Source of the DNA: an uncultured Actinomycetes bacterium
Lineage (GTDB): Bacteria; Actinomycetota; Rubrobacteria; Rubrobacterales; Rubrobacteraceae
Direction: 5' to 3'
Length of the DNA: 43,318 nt
Assembly (NCBI GenBank): GCA_937873125.1
Contig: CALMWA010000310.1
Location: 1 to 43,318 of the forward strand
Below, in pieces: positions 18,542-27,066 of this stretch. The position numbers and the translations under genes were made by a program. How positions within the stretch are numbered: position 1 is the first letter of the stretch; each line of letters starts with the position of its first letter. The notes under the pieces were generated by a model. It did no database searches. It was not told the DNA's origin and worked only from the letters and a program-made list of their open reading frames with translations.

Positions 18542-19753
18542 GTGGCCGTTTACACATATAAGGCGCGCTCTCGCAGCGGCGAGGTTCTGGAAGACAAGAT
18601 CGAGGCGAACGACCAGACGGCCGTCGCCTCCGAGTTGCGGCAGCAGGGGCTGCTCGTCATAGACATCAAGGAGCAGGGCGCGGCCCAGAAGGATTTGCTG
18701 GAGCCGTTCAAGAAGGTCAAGCTCTCGGACGTCGTGATCTTCACCCGGCAGTTCGCCACCATGATCAACGCCGGCCTCCCGATAGTGAGGTCGCTGTACG
18801 TGTTGGGGGAGCAGACGGAGAATCCGAAGCTGAACGAGGTGATCGTGGCGGTCCGCAAGGACGTGGAGGCCGGTCTCGGTCTATCGGAGGCGCTCGCCAA
18901 GCACCCGAAGGTCTTCTCCCGACTCTACGTCGAGATGGTGCGGGCGGGCGAGATCGGGGGCATCCTCGACGGCGTGCTGCTGCGGGTGGCCGCTCAGTTG
19001 GAGAACGACCAGGAGCTTCGGCGCAAGGTAAAGAGCGCCATGACCTATCCGACGGCCGTACTAGTGATCGCGATACTCGCGGCGGCGTTCATGCTGATCT
19101 TTATCGTCCCCATCTTCGCCCAGATGTTCGAGGACCTCGGCGGGACCCTGCCGCTCCCAACCCGCATAGCGATGGGCGCCTCCGACCTGCTGACCGGCTT
19201 CGGCGGGATACTCGTCGCAGGCCTGCTTATCGGCGGTGTCGTGTTCTTCTTGCGGTGGAAGAACACCGAGCAGGGCCGGAAGGTGTGGGGCCGGGTAATA
19301 CTGAAGATGCCGGTCAAGATCGGGGACATCGTCCAAAAGGTCGCCCTGGCGCGGTTCGCCCGGACGCTCGGCACCCTGAGCGCGGCCGGGGTCCCGATCC
19401 TGCAGGCCCTGGAGATAACGGCCACCTCCTCCGGAAACTGGGTCATCGAGAACGCTCTATTGAGGAGCCGCGATTCCATCCGGCAGGGAATCCCTATTTA
19501 TCGTCCGCTGGAGGACGAGCCGGTTTTTCCGCCGATGGTGACGCGTATGATCGCCGTGGGCGAGGAGACCGGGAACATAGACGGCATGCTCACCAAGATC
19601 GCCGAGTTCTACGAGTCCGAGGTGGACGCTTCGGTCAAGGCGCTGACCTCCATCATCGAGCCGCTCATGATTGTGGTGATCGGCGGCATCGTCGGCGGCA
19701 TCATCGTCGCCATGTACCTGCCGATGTTCAAGATCTTCGAGCTTATCGAGTAG
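18542..19753 (+). CDS. pilC: Type IV pilus inner-membrane platform protein PilC (GspF family)
   Basis: 403 aa. It has two T2SSF repeats (FTRQFATMINAGLPIVRSL and FARTLGTLSAAGVPILQAL) and three or more TM segments. Confidence 0.9.
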   Translation: MAVYTYKARSRSGEVLEDKIEANDQTAVASELRQQGLLVIDIKEQGAAQKDLLEPFKKVKLSDVVIFTRQFATMINAGLPIVRSLYVLGEQTENPKLNEVIVAVRKDVEAGLGLSEALAKHPKVFSRLYVEMVRAGEIGGILDGVLLRVAAQLENDQELRRKVKSAMTYPTAVLVIAILAAAFMLIFIVPIFAQMFEDLGGTLPLPTRIAMGASDLLTGFGGILVAGLLIGGVVFFLRWKNTEQGRKVWGRVILKMPVKIGDIVQKVALARFARTLGTLSAAGVPILQALEITATSSGNWVIENALLRSRDSIRQGIPIYRPLEDEPVFPPMVTRMIAVGEETGNIDGMLTKIAEFYESEVDASVKALTSIIEPLMIVVIGGIVGGIIVAMYLPMFKIFELIE

Positions 19754-19831
19754 CCGCCGAATTGCTGCAATCGTATGGCTTCTGATACTTACTGGTCGAG
19801 TTACTAGCTCAGAATCGCGGCTGGCGCCGCT

Positions 19832-20140
19832 GTGGGCACGCTACTGGGCATTGTTCTTGGATGGCTGGTACACCCCATGAGGTTCATGTCCGACGAGACG
19901 TTTCGGCAAAGCGGCGTTGTGGTGGTCGTGGCCCTGGCCCACATTGGAACTTTTCTGGCGGGTTACCTTTCAGCGCGAATTGCGAGAAGTCACGGCATGG
20001 TCTTTGCGATGGTGTCTGTGTGGATCGGGACTTCGCTCGGCGGTAGCGAGTTTAGCCCCGATCTACTGGCGTTCTTTCCGGGCTTCTACCCGTTCGTAGC
20101 CGCCTTCGGTGGAGGTCTCGCCGCATTGCGCCGGGCCTAA
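19832..20140 (+). CDS. Small hydrophobic membrane protein (about 4 predicted TM segments), unknown function
   Basis: GTG-initiated 102-aa ORF with four hydrophobic stretches and no recognisable family. Its codon usage is visibly more T-ending than that of its neighbours. It is not a pilin: there is no G/FTLIE prepilin motif. Confidence 0.45.
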   Translation: MGTLLGIVLGWLVHPMRFMSDETFRQSGVVVVVALAHIGTFLAGYLSARIARSHGMVFAMVSVWIGTSLGGSEFSPDLLAFFPGFYPFVAAFGGGLAALRRA

Positions 20141-20148
20141 TCTCCACT

Positions 20149-21303
20149 CTATCGGATCGCCACCCGCCGCTCGTCCGTGGAGCGGAGGACGGCGGCGTTT
20201 AGCTCCTGGATCGCCTCCGAATAATCCATTCCCGAGGCCTGCAAGAGGTCAACGGCCGTGGACCTGATCTGGCCGACAAGCATGTTGGTCTCCAGGTCGT
20301 TGCGTTCGTGGAGGACGACGGTTGCGTCGCCGGCGGCCTTGAGGGCGAAACCGCGAGTATCCAGCGGGTGGTCCGGATCTTGCAGGTATACGGCGAGTGC
20401 CTCGACCGCCTGTGCAAGCTCCAGGACGCTTTCGGCGAGCGGCTCCTGGTTCTCGCCACCGACCCGGATCATGGCGACGGCGGAGCGGGCCAGCCCGCGG
20501 GAGTCGCGCACGGCGAGGTCGAGTTGATCCGCCGCCCGGGCGTAGAATCCGAGTTGATCCAGTGCCCGCCTTCGGGGAGGTGAGAGCCGCACGGTCCCAT
20601 ATCCCTCGTCGAGTGCCTCCTTGAACCCGCCCACTCTGGAGTCCATCTGGCGAGCTTTGCGTAGCGCCTCCTCCGCCTGTTCGAGGTCCGAGGTGTACAG
20701 AGCTTCGTAGATATTCTCCAATACCCCGATGAACTCCCCGAAGATCGGGTGCGCCGCCTTCTGGACGGTCTGGCCGGGGTTTATGGGAATAATAGCTCGC
20801 AGGGCCAGCGCGATTCCAGCGCCGACCAGCGCCTCTACGAAGCGATCCCCCGACGCGCCGGAGCTCGGGGAGGCGAGTATCACCATTAGCAGCGCAGAGA
20901 CACCGGCCTCGGTGATGGACAATGCTCCTCCGCCGAAGAATGTGACGATCCCCGTTGCCAGAGCGACTACCAGTGCGATCTGTAACGTGCCGGACCCCAT
21001 GAATGACAGCAGGAGGTCGGCTACCGTCAGTCCGATTGCCACGCCGAAGACCAGTTCCACCGCCTGGCGCCACTCCTTGCCGTTGGCGACGGCCAGCGAG
21101 ATTAGCGCCGCTATCGAGGCAAAAGCCGGCTGCTCGTGTCCGAGCAAAGATGAGGCGATCCAATAGGCCACCCCAGCGGCCAACGCTTTCTGGGCGATCT
21201 GACCACCCTCCAACCGCAGGCGGCTGAACGCCAACGTGAACCGACGACTAAAGCCAGGTATCCAACTTCCTATCCGTGTACGTACTATCATTCCCGTGCT
21301 CAC
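20149..21303 (-). CDS. FUSC / aromatic-acid-exporter (ArAE)-like integral membrane protein
   Basis: The N-terminal TM bundle reads QKALAAGVAYWIASSLLGHEQPAFASIAALISL...VELVFGVAIGLTVADLL, followed by a C-terminal cytoplasmic helical domain. The start is uncertain. GTG 21303 has GAGGAGG 9 nt upstream. ATG 21291, 21357 and 21399 are alternatives. Confidence 0.7.
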   Translation of the reverse strand: MSTGMIVRTRIGSWIPGFSRRFTLAFSRLRLEGGQIAQKALAAGVAYWIASSLLGHEQPAFASIAALISLAVANGKEWRQAVELVFGVAIGLTVADLLLSFMGSGTLQIALVVALATGIVTFFGGGALSITEAGVSALLMVILASPSSGASGDRFVEALVGAGIALALRAIIPINPGQTVQKAAHPIFGEFIGVLENIYEALYTSDLEQAEEALRKARQMDSRVGGFKEALDEGYGTVRLSPPRRRALDQLGFYARAADQLDLAVRDSRGLARSAVAMIRVGGENQEPLAESVLELAQAVEALAVYLQDPDHPLDTRGFALKAAGDATVVLHERNDLETNMLVGQIRSTAVDLLQASGMDYSEAIQELNAAVLRSTDERRVAIR

Positions 21304-21372
21304 TCTCGGCCACCTCCTCTCAGCGTTTCTCTGCGCGAACAAATCGCTCGTTCGCATACACTTACTCTCAAC

Positions 21373-21391
21373 TATATGCAAATCGCATATA
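21373..21391. repeat. Perfect inverted repeat TATATGC-N5-GCATATA (candidate operator or -10 region in a divergent promoter region)
   Basis: Read directly from the sequence: tatatgc aaatc gcatata. It sits in the 40%-GC part of the long intergenic region, about 70 nt upstream of the preferred FUSC-gene start. Confidence 0.4.
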
Positions 21392-21797
21392 AACCGCATT
21401 CTAACCGGCTACCTGCGATAGGCAAGTGCTTTCGGGGTAATAAGATCACGTGTTATCAAACTGTTGCTAATACTTTACAAGGGTGTAACTTGATGGGGGC
21501 TGAGCGAGGGTGCATTCTGAGGCATAGCCGCGGTCGAGGTTTGAGTGTGTTTCGTTGTCTTTGGTCGGAATCGGGGCATTCGAGCCTTGTGGCTAAAGAT
21601 ATATTCCGCCACGTTCGACAATAAGACATTCAGTATGTTTGCGGTGCAAAGATGGAGGTTGAAGAAGTGCGTGGGGTTGGACCGTGGAGAAGTCGTCAAC
21701 TCTGGTATTCTGAATGCCGCCGCGGCGGGGATAGCGGGGTGTGTCGAGGCGGGACATTCCGGGATAGGTGAGGTAACCGTGTTGCATTCTTCGTCTA

Positions 21798-22598
21798 GTG
21801 GTGTCGAGCGTTCCAGTGTACTCTGAGAGTCAACAAGGCTCCTCGCTCGCAGCGACGCCTCTGGATGACCGTCAGGTATCGCGGCTGGTCGAATCGTATC
21901 GAGAGACGGATGACCGGCGTTCGTTGGAGCGCATATTCGAGCTTCACGGCAGAATTCTGAACCACATCGTCCGGCGTTACGCAAGGACTTCCGGCGAGCC
22001 GTACGAAGATCTGTTACAGGTCGGGTATGTTGGATTGGTGAAGGCCGCCAACGGTTACGCGTCTGACTCCAGCGCCCGGTTCAGCTCCTATGCTTACTCC
22101 ATGATCGACGGTGAGCTTCGGCACCATTTCCGGGATACCGGCATGATCAAAAAACCCCGCTGGGCGCGCAGCCTATACTCGCAAGTCGCGGCGGCTAACG
22201 TCAAGCTGACGGCGGAGCTTGGAAGGCCGCCGCTGATAGAGGAGATCTCGCGCGAGGTCAACGTCGAGCCGGAGGGAATCCTGGAGCTCATGAAACTCTA
22301 TCTCGACACCGACGTCCGCTCCCTCGACGCCCGGGAGGGAGCACAAGCGCACGATCTATCGAACATCCGGAGCCTCGAATACGAAGCCTTCTCGCTGCCG
22401 ATAGAGGACCGCATTCAGTTGGAGCAGGCGCTCGATACCCTCTCCGAACTGCAGAAGAAGGTGGTCTACCTGTTTTTTTACAAGGATCTCTCCCAGACCG
22501 AGATCGGCAAGATGCTGGGCCTGCCGCAACGCAAAATTTCCCGCATTATCGCCGACTCCGTACGCTCCCTGCGCGACCGAATATCCTCAGAGAAGTAG
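21798..22598 (+). CDS. RNA polymerase sigma factor, group 3 (SigB/SigF-like), second copy in the window
   Basis: Region 2 reads DLLQVGYVGLVKAANGY...FSSYAYSMIDGELRHHFRD. Region 4.2 reads SQTEIGKMLGLPQRKISRIIADS. GTG start candidates are at 21798, 21801 and 21816. The gene is visibly lower in GC than the window average. Confidence 0.85.
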   Translation: MVSSVPVYSESQQGSSLAATPLDDRQVSRLVESYRETDDRRSLERIFELHGRILNHIVRRYARTSGEPYEDLLQVGYVGLVKAANGYASDSSARFSSYAYSMIDGELRHHFRDTGMIKKPRWARSLYSQVAAANVKLTAELGRPPLIEEISREVNVEPEGILELMKLYLDTDVRSLDAREGAQAHDLSNIRSLEYEAFSLPIEDRIQLEQALDTLSELQKKVVYLFFYKDLSQTEIGKMLGLPQRKISRIIADSVRSLRDRISSEK

Positions 22599-22673
22599 CC
22601 TTGCACCGGCCTCACGGAAGGCTTTTCTGTAGAATGGCGCCTCTGAGGAGGCTACTCGACGAAGGGACTCAAC

Positions 22674-23345
22674 GTGGCGTTCTGGTCTGAACTCGGTGAT
22701 AGGGTGGTGGGCGCGCCCTCGATTCTGGCGGCGGACTTCGCCAACCTGGCCGAGGACGTGCGCCTCGCGGGTGAGGGCGGCGCGGAGCTGGTCCACTTCG
22801 ACGCGATGGACAACCACTACGTCCCGAACCTCAGCATCGGTCCCGTCGTGGCCGCCTCGCTAACGGAGGCTATTGGCCTCCCCGTTGACGCGCACCTGAT
22901 GGTGGACAACCCGGACAACCTCATACAGCCGTTCATCGAGGCCGGGGTCGTCAGCATCTCAGTGCAGCCGGAGGCCGTGACGCATTTGCACCGCACTCTC
23001 ACCATGATCCGGGACGGCGGGTGCGAGGCCGGTGTCGCCCTCAACCCGACCACGCCGCCGGAGTTCATAGAGTGGGCGCTGCCGTACCTGGACTACGTGC
23101 TCGTCATGAGCGTCAACCCCGGCTTCGGCGGGCAGAGCTTCATCCCGGAGATGGCCGACAAGGTCCGGCGCCTCAAGCAAATGACCGACCTGCCCGTGCA
23201 GGTAGACGGCGGCATCACCGTCGAGACCGCGCCGCTGATGGTTGCGGCGGGCGCGCAGGTCCTGGTTGCGGGCTCCGCCGTGTACAAGGGAGACCCCGTG
23301 ACCGAGATGCGTCGCATTATCGAAGCCGGCCGCGCCGCCCGCTAG
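22674..23345 (+). CDS. rpe: Ribulose-phosphate 3-epimerase
   Basis: Motifs seen: PSILAADF, HFDAMDNHYVPNLSIGP, DAHLMV, MSVNPGFGGQSFI, and VDGGI. Confidence 0.9.
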   Translation: MAFWSELGDRVVGAPSILAADFANLAEDVRLAGEGGAELVHFDAMDNHYVPNLSIGPVVAASLTEAIGLPVDAHLMVDNPDNLIQPFIEAGVVSISVQPEAVTHLHRTLTMIRDGGCEAGVALNPTTPPEFIEWALPYLDYVLVMSVNPGFGGQSFIPEMADKVRRLKQMTDLPVQVDGGITVETAPLMVAAGAQVLVAGSAVYKGDPVTEMRRIIEAGRAAR

Positions 23346-23397
23346 AGGCTGCTTAACTTCCTTGTTGAAAACGGGTGTGTGTGGTAGCTTTCGCCTT

Positions 23398-23568
23398 GTA
23401 GCTTTCGGGGGCGGGTGGAATTCCCGCACCGGCGGTAGCCCGCAGAGATAAGCCTCTTAGGGGAGCCCGCGAACCTCCGGCACGTTTCGGGGGTTGAGCC
23501 GGTGAGGGTCGGAATTTTCCGGCCGTAGTCCGGCGCCGACGGTTAAAGTCCGGATGGGAGAAAGGACG
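23398..23568 (+). promoter_or_regulatory. FMN riboswitch (RFN element) in the ribD leader
   Basis: Conserved RFN cores were read directly: GGGGGCGGGTGGAATTCCCGCACCGGCGGTAGCCCGC ... GAGCCCGCGA ... GAGCCGGTGA ... TCCGGCGCCGACGGTTAAAGTCCGGATGGGAGAAAGG. The element lies immediately upstream of the rib operon. The 3' P1 strand overlaps the ribD SD. Boundaries are accurate to about 10 nt. Confidence 0.9.
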
Positions 23569-23570
23569 AC

Positions 23571-24689
23571 TTGGCAGTCGAGGCCTTCATGGATCGCGCC
23601 CGCGAACTCGCGGAGCGTGGACGTTACACTGCGGCACCCAATCCTTTGGTCGGGGTGGTCATCGCCCGCGACGGCAAGGTCATTAGCGAAGGCTGGCACG
23701 CGCGCGCCGGTCAGGAACACGCCGAAGCCGCCGCACTCTCCTCGAACGGTACGGATGCGCGAGGCGCTTCGATGTACGTGACGCTGGAGCCGTGCAACCA
23801 TCACGGACGCACCCCGCCGTGTACCGATACCATCGTGCGGTCAGGCATCTCCCATGTGGTAGTCGGACATCTCGACCCGGACCCGCGCATGCGCGGGCGG
23901 AGCGTCAAGATCCTGCGGGACGCGGGCGTGGAGGTAACGGTGTTGGACGACCCCGCGTTCGAGCGCCAAAACGAGCAGTTCTTTCACTACATGAACACGG
24001 GACTGCCGTTCGTGCATCTAAAGCTCGCGGCTACGCTGGACGGCAGGATCGCGGCGAGCGGCGGTGATAGCAAGTGGATCACCGGCGAGGCCGCGCGTCG
24101 CCGGGCGCACGCCCTGCGGGCCGAAGCTGGGGCCGTCCTCGTCGGAGCGGGAACCACGCGCGCCGACGACCCCAGCCTCACCGCTCGCGACGTACCCGAC
24201 CAGCCGCCACCCGTCACCCGCATCGTCCTCGACCCATCCCTGACCCTGGACCCCGAGGGCCAGCTCGCCCGGAACGCTGGAGAAGCGCAAGTCCTGGTCT
24301 TCGCCGACAAAACGGCGCTGGACGGCCGGCAGAAACGGCTGGAAGCGCTCGGCGTGGAAGTAATTGCGACGCCCCACGGCGCGAACGGCCTGGACCTCCG
24401 GTACGTGCTCAAAGATATCGGGAGCCGGGGGGTGCGCGGGTTGCTGGTCGAGGGCGGCGGCGATACGGTGGGGCGCTTTCTGCGGGATGGCCTCGTAGAC
24501 AAGATGACGATCTTCTACGCGCCGACGGTTCTCGGGGCTGACGGGGTGCCGATGATCGGGGCGCTGGGGCTCTCCAGCGTGCAGGATGCGCCACGGTTCT
24601 CCATGTCCGGCGTGGAGCAGCTCGGGGATGACCTCGCCGTAACCTTCTATCCGAGAGAGGAGGCGTCGGATGTTTACGGGTCTGGTTGA
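23571..24689 (+). CDS. ribD: Bifunctional riboflavin biosynthesis deaminase/reductase RibD
   Basis: Deaminase Zn motifs HAEAAAL and LEPCNHHGRTPPC are present, along with the reductase domain (KLAATLDGRIA, LLVEGGG). Possible starts are TTG 23571, with GAAAGGA 4 nt upstream, or ATG 23589. Confidence 0.9.
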   Translation: MAVEAFMDRARELAERGRYTAAPNPLVGVVIARDGKVISEGWHARAGQEHAEAAALSSNGTDARGASMYVTLEPCNHHGRTPPCTDTIVRSGISHVVVGHLDPDPRMRGRSVKILRDAGVEVTVLDDPAFERQNEQFFHYMNTGLPFVHLKLAATLDGRIAASGGDSKWITGEAARRRAHALRAEAGAVLVGAGTTRADDPSLTARDVPDQPPPVTRIVLDPSLTLDPEGQLARNAGEAQVLVFADKTALDGRQKRLEALGVEVIATPHGANGLDLRYVLKDIGSRGVRGLLVEGGGDTVGRFLRDGLVDKMTIFYAPTVLGADGVPMIGALGLSSVQDAPRFSMSGVEQLGDDLAVTFYPREEASDVYGSG

Positions 24690-25302
24690 GGCGACGGGGC
24701 GTGTGAGCGTTCTGGAGCCGGGCGGCATGGTGCGCCTAGAGATCTCCGCAGGCGAGATCGCCGTTGACACCGACATCGGCGACAGTGTATCCGTCAACGG
24801 CGTCTGCCTGACCGTCGGTGAGCGAGACGGTGGGGAGCTTGGTTTCTACGCAATGCCGGAGACCCTGCGGCGGACGGCGCTCGGGGACCTCATGGAAGGG
24901 GATGTCGTAAATCTGGAACGTGCCATGACCCCGGAGAGGCGTTTCGGCGGGCATATCGTGCAGGGTCACGTGGACGGCGTGGGCCGGGTGATCAGCGTAA
25001 CGCCGGAGGGAGACGCGGAGATCTGGGAGTTCGGGGTGCCGGAGGCTGTGCTGCGCTACACCGTCGAGAAAGGGAGCATTTGCGTCGATGGAATCAGCCT
25101 GACGGTCGTACGGGTCGGGGAGGAATCGCTGACGGTATCCATCCTGCCGCAGACGAAGGCGGCGACTAACTTGAGCCAACTCTCGGTCGGAGACCGGGTG
25201 AACCTGGAGGCGGATGTCATAGGCAAGTACGTTGAGCGGCTGTTGGGGCCGTGGACCGAGCGAGTAAGAGAGACCGAGAGGAGCATCGAAGATGCCGTTT
25301 AG
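24670..25302 (+). CDS. ribE: Riboflavin synthase (alpha chain)
   Basis: Motifs seen: MFTGLVE, the duplicated lumazine-binding repeats (GDSVSVNGVCLTV and GSICVDGISLTV), and NLE.D...KYVE. Confidence 0.9.
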   Translation: MFTGLVEATGRVSVLEPGGMVRLEISAGEIAVDTDIGDSVSVNGVCLTVGERDGGELGFYAMPETLRRTALGDLMEGDVVNLERAMTPERRFGGHIVQGHVDGVGRVISVTPEGDAEIWEFGVPEAVLRYTVEKGSICVDGISLTVVRVGEESLTVSILPQTKAATNLSQLSVGDRVNLEADVIGKYVERLLGPWTERVRETERSIEDAV

Positions 25303-26494
25303 CCCTATAGAGGACATTATCGAAGACATCAAGAACGGGAAAATGGTCATCGTCTGCGACGACGAGGACCGGGAGAACGAGGGCGACCTGACGATGGCCG
25401 CCGAGCTCGTTAGCGCCGACGACATCAACTTCATGGCGACTTATGGGAAGGGTTTGATCTGTTTGCCGCTCGCCGGCGAGATCGTGGACCGCCTGGAGAT
25501 CCCGGACATGGTCCAGCACAACGCATCTCGCATGGGTACTGCCTTCACCAACTCCATCGAGGCGCGGGAGGGCATAACGACCGGTATCTCCGCCGCCGAC
25601 CGGGCTCACACCTGCCGGGTAACCGTGGACGACGCGACCGGACCGGACGACCTGGTAATGCCTGGACACATCTTCCCGCTGCGCGCCCGCCCCGGCGGCG
25701 TGCTGCAGCGCGCTGGACAGACGGAGGCGGCGGTGGACCTCAGCTTGCTCGCGGGCTTCAAGCCGGCGGGGGTCATCTGCGAGATCATGAACGACGACGG
25801 CACGATGTCCCGCGTCCCGGACCTGGAGAAGTTCTCCAAAGAGCACGACATCAAGATGGTCACGGTGGCCCAGATCATCGAGTACCGTAACACCTACGAG
25901 AACCACGTCGAGTTCGCCGTGGAGACACGTCTGCCGACAAAGTTCGGCGAGTTCCGCCTCCGCGCCTACGAGAACGACATGGACGATATGACCCATCTGG
26001 CGCTCGTGATGGGTGAGCCGGAAGGCAAGGAGAACGTGCTCGTCCGCGTTCACTCGGCGTGCCTGACGGGGGACGCGCTCCACTCGCTGCGCTGCGACTG
26101 CGGCGAGCAACTCGATGCCGCGATGGCTCAGATCTCCGAGGAGGGCGAGGGAGTCCTGGTCTACATGCAGCAGGAGGGCCGAGGTATAGGCCTCCTGAAC
26201 AAGATGCGGGCTTACCATCTGCAGGACAAGGGCTTCGATACGGTCGAGGCCAACGAGGAATTAGGCTTCCCGCCGGACCTCCGCGATTATGGCATCGGGG
26301 CTCAGATCCTGAAAGAGTTGGATCTGCACAGCATTCGGCTGCTGACGAACAACATAACGAAGGTCGTGGGACTACAGGGCTTCGGGCTAGAGATCGTCGA
26401 GCGCATTCCACTGGAGATGGAGCCGAACGGCTACAACGACCGCTACCTCGCCACCAAGCGCGAGAAGCTGAACCATATCTTCGAGAGCCACTAG
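25292..26494 (+). CDS. ribBA: Bifunctional 3,4-dihydroxy-2-butanone-4-phosphate synthase / GTP cyclohydrolase II
   Basis: RibB half: DDEDRENEGDL, GHIFPL, and RAGQTEA. RibA half: VRVHSACLTGDALHSLRCDCG, EGRGIGL, and LLTNN. Confidence 0.92.
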   Translation: MPFSPIEDIIEDIKNGKMVIVCDDEDRENEGDLTMAAELVSADDINFMATYGKGLICLPLAGEIVDRLEIPDMVQHNASRMGTAFTNSIEAREGITTGISAADRAHTCRVTVDDATGPDDLVMPGHIFPLRARPGGVLQRAGQTEAAVDLSLLAGFKPAGVICEIMNDDGTMSRVPDLEKFSKEHDIKMVTVAQIIEYRNTYENHVEFAVETRLPTKFGEFRLRAYENDMDDMTHLALVMGEPEGKENVLVRVHSACLTGDALHSLRCDCGEQLDAAMAQISEEGEGVLVYMQQEGRGIGLLNKMRAYHLQDKGFDTVEANEELGFPPDLRDYGIGAQILKELDLHSIRLLTNNITKVVGLQGFGLEIVERIPLEMEPNGYNDRYLATKREKLNHIFESH

Positions 26495-26503
26495 GAGAGT
26501 ATC

Positions 26504-27061
26504 GTGGAGCGTGCTAACGGACCAAACTACATCGAGGGGAACCTCACGGCGGCGGGCAAGTCTTTCGGGATCGTCGCCGGCCGCTTCAACGACTTCATCG
26601 TGCGCCCGCTGCTGGACGGCGCTCTGGACGCGATCCGGCGTCACGGTGGTGACCTGACCCTCGTGGACGTGGCCTGGGTGCCCGGCTCGTACGAGATACC
26701 GCTGGCGGCGAAACAGATGGCCCACTCGGGCCGGTACGACGCCGTCATCTGCCTCGGCGCCGTCATCCGGGGTGCGACGGCCCACTTCGATTACGTGGCC
26801 GGCGGCGCGGCGGGCGGCATCACCTCCGCCATGCTCGATACGAACCTGCCGATAATCTTCGGCGTTATTACCACGGAGACGATAGAGCAGGCCATCGAAC
26901 GTGCCGGCACAAAGGCCGGAAATAAGGGATCCGAGGCAGCGGTATCGGCGATAGAGATGGCCGACCTAATGCACCGCCTGGAGGACCGGACGCCGGGGGG
27001 CCGGAACCCGGAGGCCGGGGTGTCGCACGCCCGTCCGGCGGCGGATTACAGCAGGAGTTAG
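26504..27061 (+). CDS. ribH: 6,7-dimethyl-8-ribityllumazine synthase, with a C-terminal extension of about 30 aa
   Basis: Motifs seen: [42 protein letters not shown], and GVITT.T.EQA..RAG. The tail [29 protein letters not shown] lies beyond the usual end of about 155 aa. Confidence 0.9.
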   Translation: MERANGPNYIEGNLTAAGKSFGIVAGRFNDFIVRPLLDGALDAIRRHGGDLTLVDVAWVPGSYEIPLAAKQMAHSGRYDAVICLGAVIRGATAHFDYVAGGAAGGITSAMLDTNLPIIFGVITTETIEQAIERAGTKAGNKGSEAAVSAIEMADLMHRLEDRTPGGRNPEAGVSHARPAADYSRS

Positions 27062-27066
27062 AGCAG

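Noticed and set aside
19832-20140. Considered whether the ORF after pilC is the missing pilin.
   Set aside because: It has no short basic leader ending in Gly followed by F/M-T-L-[IV]-E. The protein has about four hydrophobic segments rather than a single N-terminal one.
21376-21826. Small ORFs inside the long intergenic region (82 aa at 21376..21624 plus strand, 93 aa at 21545..21826 plus strand, 64 aa at 21593..21787 minus strand, 169 aa at 21475..21984 minus strand).
   Set aside because: They have no SD sequences, Cys/Arg/Ser-rich composition and no recognisable motifs, and they overlap one another. I treat the region as non-coding, but translation is not excluded; see the corresponding finding.
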